A stretch of 28,031 bases of DNA from a virus (IMGVR_UViG_3300035548_000535:1-28031); one strand, 5' to 3'; positions 19,401 to 27,799 are shown, numbered from the stretch's first letter. Notes: generated by a model from the sequence alone, not told the origin. A program made the numbers and translations.

Positions 19401-22400
19401 AAATTCCCACCACCAACAAGCCCCTTGTCATAATGACCAAGGAAAAGTTTGGCTCCATCCCCATGCGGCCGGAAACCAAAGGCCGGTACACCTCTAAAAT
19501 GGTGGATCGATCCTTGATCAGCGATAAAACAGAAGAATCGCTTTTAAAAGAAGGTAAGAAAAGTTACCAGGATGATAAAACCAAGGCCAATCTTGAAGCA
19601 AAATATAGCGATGAGGGCACGAGAAAGAAAGAAGAACTGCCGTATTTTGAAGACATGGGATTTTCCGATGTGATTATAGACGAGGCGCACGAGTTCAAAA
19701 ACAGCTACCAGCCCGGTAAGGATACCAAGGGTATTGCGTATCTGCCCACGGCACCGTCCTCAAAAAGAGCCTTGGATATGACACTGAAAACATCCTACCT
19801 GAAAGACGTCAATAACGGACGCGGGGTCTATCCTCTCACTGCAACCCCGGTCACCAATTCTGTGTTTGAAATTTACAACATGCTCTCCTATGTCTGCCCT
19901 GTTGAAGAATTCGAACGATTCGGGGTTTACACTGTCGATGATTTTGTAAGGGTTTTCGGCAAAATCGAATCGGTTGATAAAGTGATGGTCAGTGGAGAGG
20001 TAAAGCCCCGCGACGGTCTGGTGGGATTCAGGAACCTGGACGGGTTGCGAAACCTGTTTCATAAATATACCATTCTCAGGAACGCCGAAGATGTGGGTCT
20101 TGAATTACCCCCGAGCGAAGAGATAAACGACGAGGTGACCCTGACCGGCGAACAAACAGATATTTACAACATCCTCAGAGAAGAGGCAAAGGAAGCTGCA
20201 AAGCCGGGGTCAAAGGTAAGTATGTTTTCCGTTATCCGGGACATGGACCGAATCACCACAGACATTGACCTGTATAACCACAAAATGACATTTCATTTCC
20301 GACTAGAGGATGAGGCAAAGGTTCAAAACCTTGTGGCCGACCTCCCGGGCACAATGACTGTGACCGAAAAAGGCGAGGACGGCCGGTTGTATAAAAACGA
20401 AATTTCTGTTACCCACGAAACTTTTAAAAAAGACGGGGCGTTTGTCCTGGTAGTTCCAGAACAGGTGGAAACAGCGGTTATAACCCGCCTGACCAGATTC
20501 GGCATTGATGAAAACGACGTGTCGCACCCTTTGATGCCCAAATATGCCAAGCTGATAAAAAACCTGCGGTTGCACCTTGAGGCAAACGGCAAGCAGATTA
20601 TCTTCACCGAAGAAAAATCGCAGCACCAAAAAATCAAACGGATACTGGCGCATCATGTTCCGCTTGCCCAGGGCATGATCGGCATCATCAACGCCGAAAC
20701 AGCCGAGGGAAACAAACTGCAAAAAATCTCAGACTCTTACAACTCAGGCAAGATAAAAATTGTAATTGCCAACAAAAAAGCAGAGGTCGGGGTCAACCTT
20801 CAGAACGGCACCACCGCCATTCACCATCTGACCCTTTGCTGGACGCCGACAAGCATCCAGCAAAGAAACGGACGCGGGGCCCGACAAGGCAACAAGGCAA
20901 AGAACATCAAGATTTATTATTACCTGGGCGGCAAATCATTTGATTACTATCGCCTGGACCTGCTGAAACGCAAATCCAACTGGATGCGGGAACTCTTTAA
21001 TGGGGATGCCACCGAGTCTGAAAACGCCAATGCCCTGTCACAGGATGACATGATGGACCTGTTGGCGGACAACCCGGAAGAGGCTAAACGCCTCCGGATG
21101 GAACGCCTGGCAAAACAGAAAGATGAGCGGGAAGAACGGGAACGCCGTCGATTGATTAATATGATGCAGCAAGTCGGGAATATCAATGAAACCCTGACCC
21201 GGTTTGATGAAAAGCGGGAAGAACGACGCAAAAAGCTTGAGGATGATATTACCGAGCATGAACGGGTGATTGCCGATCTCCGGGAAAAGGGCTCAAGATT
21301 TGAAAAAGGGGATGAACGCCGAAAAAATATCGGTACCCGGATCATCAAGAGGCAAGGACGGTTAAGAGAATCAAAAGACAATCTGGACGTACTTGATGCG
21401 GCTTTCGATGACAGAAAAGTTGCCCTTGAAGCCAAAGCAAAACAGCTTCGCGGTGTCCTGGATCTGAAAGCCAAAAAAGGAGAACTCCCCTTTGATGCCA
21501 GACTCATTGATCACCCCGAGGATATAATAGCCACCCTGGACGGCAAGGTAATTGCCGTGGGCGATACATATGAAGACGGTCGGAATGGTGGAGGCGGTAT
21601 CTGCCGGATCACCAAGGTTTTTAATAAACCAAAATGCTTGCAGTATGAAGCGGTTATCGGAGATATTTATGGATTGAAACAGTCCTGGCTAAGGGAAATA
21701 GACGGGCAGGTGGTTCTTCTTAACAATTGGCCCTTTGATAAAATGATAAAATGTGCCTATTCAGAAAAAGAACTGGCCTTGAAAAAGATCCTGGACACGA
21801 CCATGGACTACGTGGATATTGCCGGGATCGATAAGACTATTTTTTATGAGAATCTTGACAAAGTAAAATTGTCTGGTGATATGCTTATCCGAACTGATGA
21901 CGGGTATGTATTCCAATATTCATCGCGTATTGAGGACCGGAATACAATTGTTTACCCTGAGCCGGACAAAGAGAGTTTCCGGAAAGCCCTGGCTGAAACC
22001 TGCCTTGCAAAGGAACGGGAAAATGGTTACTTGCCGTCTTCTGCTGAAGATATTTTGTCGAAAGTTTTCGGTACAACCTATAAAGAAGCCATCCTGAAGT
22101 ACGGCAAAACCGCAACTGAAACCGAAATCAGAAGTTTTTACAGTGATTTTGTTCAAAATTACCTTGATGAAAATCTGGAAAACGGGGCCAATGAGACCGA
22201 TCCGCGCAAAATGCTGGAAATTTTTGCAAAACGATATTCCAGTGGGTTGTCGCGTTCTATAAAAGACGCGGCCAGGAAACTTGGGGACAACACGGACCAG
22301 ATCAGGCAGATAACAAGGGAGTGCCTGCGGAATCAGGAAGAAGGATTGAGAGAAAAAGTCAGGCAGATTGAAAAAGAGGAAGAACGGGCCAAGCTGGAAG

Positions 22401-22726
22401 CCGTCAAGGATCATCCGGATTATAAAGAGATCCCCGAGCGGATACAGGAAGCTTTTAGACAGATGGGCATCACGGTTAAAACGAATATGACCCAGGCTGT
22501 ATTGTCCGGTGGCAGGCGGTTCAGGGATACCACGGTCGAACCGTTCTCCCGGTGGTTCTTCCAAGATGAGCATGGCAAAGGCGGCGTTCTCTTCCGGGTG
22601 AAAGATATCCTGAAATCCCGGTATGGTGCCAAATTTTTTAGCAGTTACTCCGGAGATTTTCAGGGTGCCTGGTGGCATGTGGATTCTAAAGAAGACCTTG
22701 AAGATATCTATGAATTAATGGCGTGA
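16496..22726 (+). CDS. darB: DarB: N6-adenine methyltransferase plus SNF2-type helicase, virion-delivered antirestriction protein
   Basis: 2076 aa; EYYTP, VLDPCTGAG and VGNVPFG (MTase); DVGLGKT, DEAH, TATP and QRNGRGARQGN (SF2 helicase). Confidence 0.92.
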   Translation: MLDTTLVENDLVLERALQPDIWSRIKDAQSYQDIALVFADVYGLKNVPGLATGPTAYKNENSDFGLKVRGIKTREKINAKARDILKKADSLKDLSQEDIDFLKQYSGRGGLTENSQFEYYTPTPIAEGVWDILKMHGFKNGNVLDPCTGAGVFPSTKPEGVLMTGTDIDPVGSKIAQMFNPEDSINNGSFESLVVKTDDNTFDSVVGNVPFGNARGKNIHDDPAYKTEKTIERYFLLRIMDKLKPGGLACLVVPINIVGAKNDKWKHFRIAMSKKGEFLGAHKLPSKAFGAQGTDTVVDIVVFKKHPKDLLEKIDDIDFGSLKESKVVWDEFINGQYWMGEGKRFIQGKYVPKAVGERWSRETVDGDIDPIAVKKKLAQQFNSRIDWDALKSAPVNIKNYADGDQKIINGIQYEMLDNEWQRVHQAEKESIGVDENKYGAKTIEDLKAILASPEGSLQLTAKQLFAVYKTWPDMLSTLQKDAVEFSMSQSDEKFHEQACRGTIIGGLLGRLKANPDEDERTRLQEMVVAEINKYGHPKNNGQLCLTGSSSREFGLFMNSVGEKGQFSDFLAGTLKTDKSEFDSTNVQSIVEHLFVREGIHTIELEDVKKLYAGTMKLDTLGDLAQVENIAITAEGMIMPFGRYTAGDIYVNVQAMTDAMADEEDDRITAKWQQQIDAINKKRKVTATEDISFGLQDKWYPKEYLISFLRENGYPNVKYGYYEKTEKEDPLDGSVFKSKQFVEDANAIGGEIIGIEGSGFPKQFLKYLNGGKITSSKAEYIEQYKNECNAITENFNAWMQQHEDIDQVAATYNRKFNAFLPHEYEDTDLHLEGFSKQVKLHGYQNSAIRRLSEEGRGILGDDVGLGKTFSAIALAQYNKQMGRSKKTCIVVPDAVLANWYHEVNFLTGNMNDVLFVGFEPKRDKEGNIIREAVKDEAGQKKINKLTGKAEYQDVLIKRKSKKEIWEKMWEIPTTNKPLVIMTKEKFGSIPMRPETKGRYTSKMVDRSLISDKTEESLLKEGKKSYQDDKTKANLEAKYSDEGTRKKEELPYFEDMGFSDVIIDEAHEFKNSYQPGKDTKGIAYLPTAPSSKRALDMTLKTSYLKDVNNGRGVYPLTATPVTNSVFEIYNMLSYVCPVEEFERFGVYTVDDFVRVFGKIESVDKVMVSGEVKPRDGLVGFRNLDGLRNLFHKYTILRNAEDVGLELPPSEEINDEVTLTGEQTDIYNILREEAKEAAKPGSKVSMFSVIRDMDRITTDIDLYNHKMTFHFRLEDEAKVQNLVADLPGTMTVTEKGEDGRLYKNEISVTHETFKKDGAFVLVVPEQVETAVITRLTRFGIDENDVSHPLMPKYAKLIKNLRLHLEANGKQIIFTEEKSQHQKIKRILAHHVPLAQGMIGIINAETAEGNKLQKISDSYNSGKIKIVIANKKAEVGVNLQNGTTAIHHLTLCWTPTSIQQRNGRGARQGNKAKNIKIYYYLGGKSFDYYRLDLLKRKSNWMRELFNGDATESENANALSQDDMMDLLADNPEEAKRLRMERLAKQKDEREERERRRLINMMQQVGNINETLTRFDEKREERRKKLEDDITEHERVIADLREKGSRFEKGDERRKNIGTRIIKRQGRLRESKDNLDVLDAAFDDRKVALEAKAKQLRGVLDLKAKKGELPFDARLIDHPEDIIATLDGKVIAVGDTYEDGRNGGGGICRITKVFNKPKCLQYEAVIGDIYGLKQSWLREIDGQVVLLNNWPFDKMIKCAYSEKELALKKILDTTMDYVDIAGIDKTIFYENLDKVKLSGDMLIRTDDGYVFQYSSRIEDRNTIVYPEPDKESFRKALAETCLAKERENGYLPSSAEDILSKVFGTTYKEAILKYGKTATETEIRSFYSDFVQNYLDENLENGANETDPRKMLEIFAKRYSSGLSRSIKDAARKLGDNTDQIRQITRECLRNQEEGLREKVRQIEKEEERAKLEAVKDHPDYKEIPERIQEAFRQMGITVKTNMTQAVLSGGRRFRDTTVEPFSRWFFQDEHGKGGVLFRVKDILKSRYGAKFFSSYSGDFQGAWWHVDSKEDLEDIYELMA

Positions 22727-22742
22727 TCAAACAAAACCTGAT

Positions 22743-22766
22743 AGGTTCGGGTATCTGCCCGGACCT
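22743..22766. other. Intergenic stem-loop between darB and ulx
   Basis: aggttcggg-tatctg-cccggacct; no U-tract, so not called a terminator. Confidence 0.4.
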
Positions 22767-22785
22767 CTTGTATAAAGGAAAAGAT

Positions 22786-23199
22786 ATGGATATTCAAAAA
22801 CCCACAGAAGAACAATTGCGACCCCTGATAAATGAAGCTTGCGTAAACCAGACAGCGGAAGAATGGATCGAAAAGATCCTGGAAGCAATTAAAAGCGTGA
22901 TCCAGAAAAAGCCCCTGCGGTATCGGGGATATGGCCCATATTGGTGGCTGATCAAGAAAATGTTGATTGACCGCAGTTTCCTGGAATTCGGGGAACACCT
23001 GGACCGGGAATGGGTCGATGCCCTGGATTATGGGAGCGATAAGCTCAACCTGGCGGCGGCTTTTGCCTATGAGGATGCCCGATTTGAAACCGTCAATATT
23101 TATGGCGACACCCACACCATGGCCACGGCCACCGGCTCTGTCGAATACATTTCTGCTGATAAGGAAATGGAAGTAATGGCGTTGATTGTCTCCGTCTGA
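22786..23199 (+). CDS. ulx: Ulx-like protein (DarB packaging helper in P1)
   Basis: YRGYGPYW motif recalled from P1 Ulx; directly after darB; AAGGA RBS before ATG 22786. Confidence 0.78.
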   Translation: MDIQKPTEEQLRPLINEACVNQTAEEWIEKILEAIKSVIQKKPLRYRGYGPYWWLIKKMLIDRSFLEFGEHLDREWVDALDYGSDKLNLAAAFAYEDARFETVNIYGDTHTMATATGSVEYISADKEMEVMALIVSV

Positions 23200-23234
23200 G
23201 AAAAAGAAAGCCCCCGCCGTGGTTTGACGGGGGC
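23200..23234 (-). terminator. Intrinsic terminator for a minus-strand transcript (possibly bidirectional)
   Basis: gcccccg/cgggggc stem (23210-23216/23228-23234) followed on the minus strand by tttctttttc. Confidence 0.7.
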
Positions 23235-23340
23235 GGGATAGGTTAGGAGGCTTTTGCAATTGCTTCCGGGTGTGATTCAGTTTCATAGAAATGAGTTTTT
23301 TTGGTTACTATCGACCCGTAACTCATTTTTTCGATGAAAG

Positions 23341-23421
23341 CTACTTTAATGCAGCAATCATCGAAAACGCCCATGTCGCCAATGCCGTTCCAGTGGCCGA
23401 TTGCATTTTTCCGTAGTCCAC
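23341..23421 (-). CDS. Candidate small peptide MDYGKMQSATGTALATWAFSMIAALK (26 aa)
   Basis: AAAGGTGGTG SD-like sequence upstream of GTG 23421; terminator downstream on the same strand. Confidence 0.3.
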   Translation of the reverse strand: MDYGKMQSATGTALATWAFSMIAALK

Positions 23422-23649
23422 AAAAACCACCACCTTTCTTCCATATGCCACATATGCGCTAAACGCCTTTATTCTTCTGATTGAACCATAGTTTAATTGG
23501 TTTAAAAACAGGAGAAAAAACATGCTAAAAACGACCTTGAAGTTTGAAAATTACAGTTCATCCGGCCTTAACTATATAGGATAATGATCATCCGCAAAAA
23601 AGAACTCCCTGGCTTTAGTCGGCTGGGGGATTGAGCTTAAGGCCCGTCC

Positions 23650-25335
23650 ATGTCTGAAAAAAAAGAAAATAAAAAAGCAAAAAAGAAGTCTCTATGGGGC
23701 CGGTTATTCGGTGGCTTCGATAAAGATCGGAATGACCAAGGCTCTAACATTGTCGAAATGAACTCACAGGGGGCTGTCCGTGATCTGTCCCCGCTACAGA
23801 GTGATTTTCTCGCGCAAAGCGGAGTGGTGGCCGCATCCGAACTTGGGACAGCCGAGACTGAGCAATTCCGGTATCAGTTCCCAATAGAAAGACTTGCTAA
23901 GTATAGCGTTCTGTCTTCTATGGATAGAGATCCGACGATCAATGCGGCAATCACACTGCATGTCAACCAGGCGCTCAGTGCAAAAACGGCTACCGGAGAA
24001 ATTATTTCCATTGAGTCCACATCGGACAAAGACAATATCTACGTCAAAGACCTCCGCGATACGTTCAAGGAATTAATCAACAAAAATTGCCAGGGATGGG
24101 CCTACAATGCCGCGTTAAACGGTGTCTGGTATGTCAGGCCATATGGTGCCCAAGGTGTCGGAATCAAACATGTCAGGAGTGATTTCTATACCCATCCGCG
24201 TTTCATAAAAGAGTACGAACACGGCGGACAGCTGGCCGGGTATACTCATGCTTACCAGGATGTAGCCAAAGAGGGCCGGATAGAATTGATGGAGCCCTGG
24301 AAATTTGTGGCCTTTAAAATTCCGAATATGAAAAATGACGCGTTCATTGAGCCGATAAGATACGACCAGGAAAAATTTGATATCGGGGATGATGATTGTC
24401 TTGCTGAAGAGCTGCTGGAAACGCAAACATATGGTAAATCAATCATTGAAACCGCATTTGATCCCTGGATGGATCTTCAGAATGCAATCCTTTCCGTCAA
24501 TATGAGCCGTCGAAATGCTGCTCGACTTGAACGGGTAGTGGGCGTGAATACCGGCAAGCTTTCCCCGAGAAAAGCCGCTGAATATTTGAACTCCGTGGCT
24601 GGCCAATTAAAAAAAGCCAATGAGCAACATGCGAAACAGGCTATTTCAAAAGGATTTTTTCAAACAGTCATAAATCATCTGATTCCCATATTCGGGGATC
24701 GTGGGCGGCTGGATATATCCACGGTTGAAGGGTCTCCTAACATTGAAGGGCTTGAGGATATAATGCTACATGTTAAGAGAGTCGGCGGTGCTGTAGGAGC
24801 TGATCCTAGCCTTTTGGGCTTTGGCGACATGCTCTCGGGCGGACTTGGAGAAGGCGGATATTTCCGGATGTCGGTACTTGCTGCGGTCAAATCGAATCTT
24901 ATCCGCCAGGCAATCCGAAATGGCATCGAAGAGCTGTTCAACATCCATATTGCCTTCAAATACGGAAAATACTTTTTGCCCGGGCAACGGCCCTGGAGGA
25001 TCGTTTTCAATTCTATTTCCACTGCCGTAGAGCGGGAAGAAATGGAAAACATGGAAGGCCGGGTCAATTTTGCAACGATGGTTGCAACGCTTGTCCAGAC
25101 CATGGACCCTGAATTTTCCAAAATAGATTTTAATTCGTTCAACAATTATTTGTGGACGGATATCCTGCGGGTTGATGAAGAAAAGTATTCTGCCATCTTT
25201 CCTAAGAAAGTAGAAAAACCGGAGCCCGGTCAGGGGGATGATGATCCAGTATTGGAGTCCGCCACGACAGACGACCGGGTGAATGAAATAATAGATAGAT
25301 TTTACGAGAGAGGAAATTATGCCGGAAATAATTAA
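23650..25335 (+). CDS. prt: Portal protein (P1 Prt-like)
   Basis: 561 aa; MDRDPTINAAITLHV, YGKSIIETAFDPW and DPSLLGFGDMLSGGLGEGGYFRMS motifs; followed by protease. Confidence 0.85.
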   Translation: MSEKKENKKAKKKSLWGRLFGGFDKDRNDQGSNIVEMNSQGAVRDLSPLQSDFLAQSGVVAASELGTAETEQFRYQFPIERLAKYSVLSSMDRDPTINAAITLHVNQALSAKTATGEIISIESTSDKDNIYVKDLRDTFKELINKNCQGWAYNAALNGVWYVRPYGAQGVGIKHVRSDFYTHPRFIKEYEHGGQLAGYTHAYQDVAKEGRIELMEPWKFVAFKIPNMKNDAFIEPIRYDQEKFDIGDDDCLAEELLETQTYGKSIIETAFDPWMDLQNAILSVNMSRRNAARLERVVGVNTGKLSPRKAAEYLNSVAGQLKKANEQHAKQAISKGFFQTVINHLIPIFGDRGRLDISTVEGSPNIEGLEDIMLHVKRVGGAVGADPSLLGFGDMLSGGLGEGGYFRMSVLAAVKSNLIRQAIRNGIEELFNIHIAFKYGKYFLPGQRPWRIVFNSISTAVEREEMENMEGRVNFATMVATLVQTMDPEFSKIDFNSFNNYLWTDILRVDEEKYSAIFPKKVEKPEPGQGDDDPVLESATTDDRVNEIIDRFYERGNYAGNN

Positions 25336-26332
25336 ATGTCGATTCAATTTATTTGACGAGGGACGGAAGTATACTGGGCATCACCGCCAGTATGTGTTGG
25401 AAAATGCGAGAAAGGTTTGTTACGCACCGGGTACCAGGGAAGGTCTAAGATTGAGAGAAAAACTCGGATATCTGGGGCATGGCAGGCGAGAGATGGCCGG
25501 GAAGGTTCGAATCGGTGAAGTCGAAAAAATCAAAGCACCGGACGGATCAATGATGGTGGTTGAAAATGTGCCCAGCAATGTTACGACTTTTTTTGAAATT
25601 GATAAAGACGGTAATGTCGATCACCATCAGGAAATTTTATTCGAGAATACTCCGGGAAAAGTGGTTTCCGGGCTGAACAAATCCAAAGTTGGTGGTTTCT
25701 CCTGGGCTATGGGCGGAAGCGACGGTGGTGCTCATGGTGCTACACGGGTAGATTCCTTTGAAGGGTTCGATTATGTGATGAATCCGGGTTTTTCAGCGAA
25801 CCGTGGTTATGTGCTGGAATCTGCCGGAACAAAGGATCTGATCATGGAAAGCATCTGCAAAACAGGCATCGAAGACAAGTTGGCCGAAAAGTACATTGAA
25901 AGCTGGACGGCATCCGTTCACGATTATGTGTATGAGCTGGAGGAAAGGCTTGCCAGTGCTGAGATATTCGAATCCGCCATGATGGAAAAAAATGAAATTC
26001 TTGATAACCAGGTCAAGGAACTTGAAGGGCAGATAAAAGATAGACAGGCGTTAATCGCTGAATGCGCCAATGGCCACGCCATCGTTATCCCGGACGAAGT
26101 GACAGAAGCTCTTATCAGCATGGCCAGTGAAGAGGATTTCAACACGCTGGTCGGTTTCTTTGAATCTGCAAAGAAAGCTGAATTATCAAGGTACCCGCTG
26201 CCGGGGAATGGTCAGGAGAAAATCTTCGTCAACCAACACCAAGCGATAGAACCACCTGAATATGGTCAAGCGGCTGCGGCTGTTGATTTTGAAGAAAAGC
26301 GGTTCTTCACCGCCAGGCAGAACAACAGGTAA
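25319..26332 (+). CDS. pro: Prohead (head-processing) protease (P1 Pro-like)
   Basis: 337 aa; GYLGHGRR, GGFSWAMGG and GFDYVMNPGF (His/Ser/Asp of gp21/assemblin-like proteases). Confidence 0.85.
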   Translation: MPEIIKCRFNLFDEGRKYTGHHRQYVLENARKVCYAPGTREGLRLREKLGYLGHGRREMAGKVRIGEVEKIKAPDGSMMVVENVPSNVTTFFEIDKDGNVDHHQEILFENTPGKVVSGLNKSKVGGFSWAMGGSDGGAHGATRVDSFEGFDYVMNPGFSANRGYVLESAGTKDLIMESICKTGIEDKLAEKYIESWTASVHDYVYELEERLASAEIFESAMMEKNEILDNQVKELEGQIKDRQALIAECANGHAIVIPDEVTEALISMASEEDFNTLVGFFESAKKAELSRYPLPGNGQEKIFVNQHQAIEPPEYGQAAAAVDFEEKRFFTARQNNR

Positions 26333-26334
26333 AC

Positions 26335-26625
26335 ATGGGTGGTGATAATGACATACAGGATAGGCGGCTTGATTGCATAGAAAAAGCCATTGAGGCGTTG
26401 GCAATGCAGAATGAGAGGGCTATCAGGCAGGATGAAAAAATCATCAACCTACAAGGTCAAGTAGCTATCCTCTTTGAGAAATTTGATGGTATTTGGGGTC
26501 CAGCCGGTACACTGAATGCAATCCAGAGACATCAAGCGTCATGCCCAAAAACTCAGGTAAAGTGGCTGTGGGGGGCTATCGGGTCAATGGCGTTGGCAAT
26601 TATTGTTAAATTTCTGGAGAAGTGA
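26335..26625 (+). CDS. Small coiled-coil protein with C-terminal TM helix (holin/XhlA-like lysis accessory candidate)
   Basis: 96 aa; heptad N-terminus and WLWGAIGSMALAIIVKF C-terminus; position after pro. Confidence 0.5.
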   Translation: MGGDNDIQDRRLDCIEKAIEALAMQNERAIRQDEKIINLQGQVAILFEKFDGIWGPAGTLNAIQRHQASCPKTQVKWLWGAIGSMALAIIVKFLEK

Positions 26626-26659
26626 ACTGCCCAGGCCTAAAGGCATTGGGTAGCTCACT
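26621..26659. repeat. Imperfect palindrome resembling two fused IS200/IS605 right-end tips
   Basis: agtgaactgcccaggcctaaaggcattgggtagctcact; both strands end in TCAC after a GC stem with a TAAA/TTTA loop. Confidence 0.55.
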
Positions 26660-26733
26660 AATGTCGTGGATCACTGGCTCAACGCCTGACCACAATCTTT
26701 GCAGTATTTTGCGCCGTTAATCCTATAGCCGGG

Positions 26734-26765
26734 GTGACACTCCACAGGGCAAGCCCTGTGGCTTC
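26734..26765 (-). repeat. IS200/IS605 right end
   Basis: Minus strand GAAG-CCACAGGGC-TT-GCCCTGTGG-AGTGTCAC: perfect 9-bp stem, guide GAAG, cleavage motif TCAC. Confidence 0.85.
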
Positions 26766-26778
26766 AAACGAAGTTTGA

Positions 26779-26895
26779 TTACACATTTGCAACCCTTATT
26801 CGTTTAGGGTACGCCACAATACCTTTTATCATCTCAGGAGTAAACTCCATTGATGTTACTTTTGATTTACGAGCTATGTTTATGGCTCCATTTAC
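26779..26895 (-). pseudogene. tnpB: 3' remnant of tnpB (last 38 codons)
   Basis: Translates VNGAINIARKSKVTSMEFTPEMIKGIVAYPKRIRVANV*, matching the TnpB RuvC-III (NAD)VNGA.NI.RK and terminal G.V..P.RI pattern; immediately 5' of the RE. Confidence 0.8.
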
Positions 26896-27710
26896 ATTTT
26901 CAAATTTTTCCATTTATTATATTTCCTTTCCATATATATATTTGCATCTTTATATAACCATTCCATTATTATATTCACTTGTTCTCTACCACAATATTTT
27001 AATGATACAGAAGATTTTCTTCCTTTATGTTTTTGATAGAACTTTGTTTTATTAAAATTAAATTTTTTTATTAAAATATTCTGAACCATCTCTAAAAAAT
27101 CTTTATTGCCTTCTAACGTAAACACATAATTATAATTGTTATATTTGATGTTTTGATATTTACCTATAGAACCATCACCATCAAAATACCCTCTAATGAA
27201 ATGATTATATAACTTTTCATCTAACCATTCAGGAAATTGTAATGTTAAAGATTTCCCCTTAGTACATCCTAATTCTTTTAATTTATTAGATATATGTTTG
27301 TTTTCGATATTTAAAGAATACGCATTTTGACCTATATTTTTTTTGATGTATCTTAATGGTTTGTCACTCTTAATAATCTTTTTTAATTTCTTTAAGATTT
27401 CTACATCTTTTTCTTGTAGTGTTAAATGAACAATCCCTTTTTCATCATTATAACCATCAGCATAAAGAAAACCTAAAAAGTATGCTTTTTCTTCTGTGTC
27501 AATTTCATCAAAAAATCTTTCATCTATAAAATATTTTCTTTGTAATTCAGATTGAGATTTAGATTTATACCCACGTCTATTAAGAAGACCTTTGATTGCT
27601 TGTAGAGTTACCCCATATTTTTTTGCTAAACTTGTGAATGTATAATTACCAGTTTCGTATAAACGACACAACTCTATTTTTTCTAAATCTGTTAATCGTC
27701 TTTGTTTCAC
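26892..27710 (-). CDS. LAGLIDADG homing endonuclease with N-terminal HTH
   Basis: Two motifs, AYFLGFLYADG and HFIRGYFDGDG; N-terminal LAKKYGVTLQAI HTH; AGAGGA RBS and GTG start; very AT-rich (one 60-nt line counted at 22% GC). Confidence 0.92.
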   Translation of the reverse strand: MKQRRLTDLEKIELCRLYETGNYTFTSLAKKYGVTLQAIKGLLNRRGYKSKSQSELQRKYFIDERFFDEIDTEEKAYFLGFLYADGYNDEKGIVHLTLQEKDVEILKKLKKIIKSDKPLRYIKKNIGQNAYSLNIENKHISNKLKELGCTKGKSLTLQFPEWLDEKLYNHFIRGYFDGDGSIGKYQNIKYNNYNYVFTLEGNKDFLEMVQNILIKKFNFNKTKFYQKHKGRKSSVSLKYCGREQVNIIMEWLYKDANIYMERKYNKWKNLKM

Positions 27711-27750
27711 TTAATCTTATCCTCTAAATATTATGTTTATTGCTACCTGT

Positions 27751-27779
27751 AATATACTAACATATTTAGAATTTGTCAA
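27751..27779 (-). promoter_or_regulatory. Sigma70-type promoter driving the LAGLIDADG gene
   Basis: Minus strand TTGACA-17 nt-TATATT, about 40 nt upstream of the start codon. Confidence 0.8.
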
Positions 27780-27799
27780 GTGATTTTTAAATTATTTTG

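Larger units (their letters stand above)
1..26625 (+). mobile_element. P1-like phage / phage-plasmid structural and antirestriction region (partial)
   Basis: Co-oriented, tightly packed genes whose order and sizes follow P1 as recalled (sit-pmgA-bplA-16-R-fibre; hdf-darA-ddrA-ddrB-hxr; darB-ulx; prt-pro). Confidence 0.9.

Noticed and set aside
23522-23584. 20-codon + strand ORF (MLKTTLKFENYSSSGLNYIG) with AGGAG RBS upstream of prt
   Set aside because: Too short, with no recognisable motif; cannot be supported from sequence alone.
23595-23636. aagaactccctggctttagtcggctgggggattgag resembling a degenerate IS605 end
   Set aside because: Stem is poorly paired, and no partner end or tnp remnant is nearby.
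113-26404. Numerous minus-strand and nested ORFs in the ORF track (e.g. 16852..17532, 21920..22678, 15223..15861)
   Set aside because: Shadow frames opposite well-supported + strand genes, without motifs.
26669-26733. Minus-strand fragment encoding AKYCKDCGQALSQ* (half zinc ribbon) next to the IS right end
   Set aside because: Only one CxxC and no convincing start even after removing the IS; at most a gene relic.
26896-26910. A-AAT-TTG heptamer that could shift the LAGLIDADG ORF by -1 into the TnpB tail
   Set aside because: Weak slippery sequence in very AT-rich DNA with no clear adjacent stimulator; likely chance.
26892-27710. LAGLIDADG gene as part of a group I intron or intein
   Set aside because: It has its own promoter and RBS, no interrupted host gene or intein splice motifs, and I could not identify a group I core; IS605-type ends explain the boundaries better.
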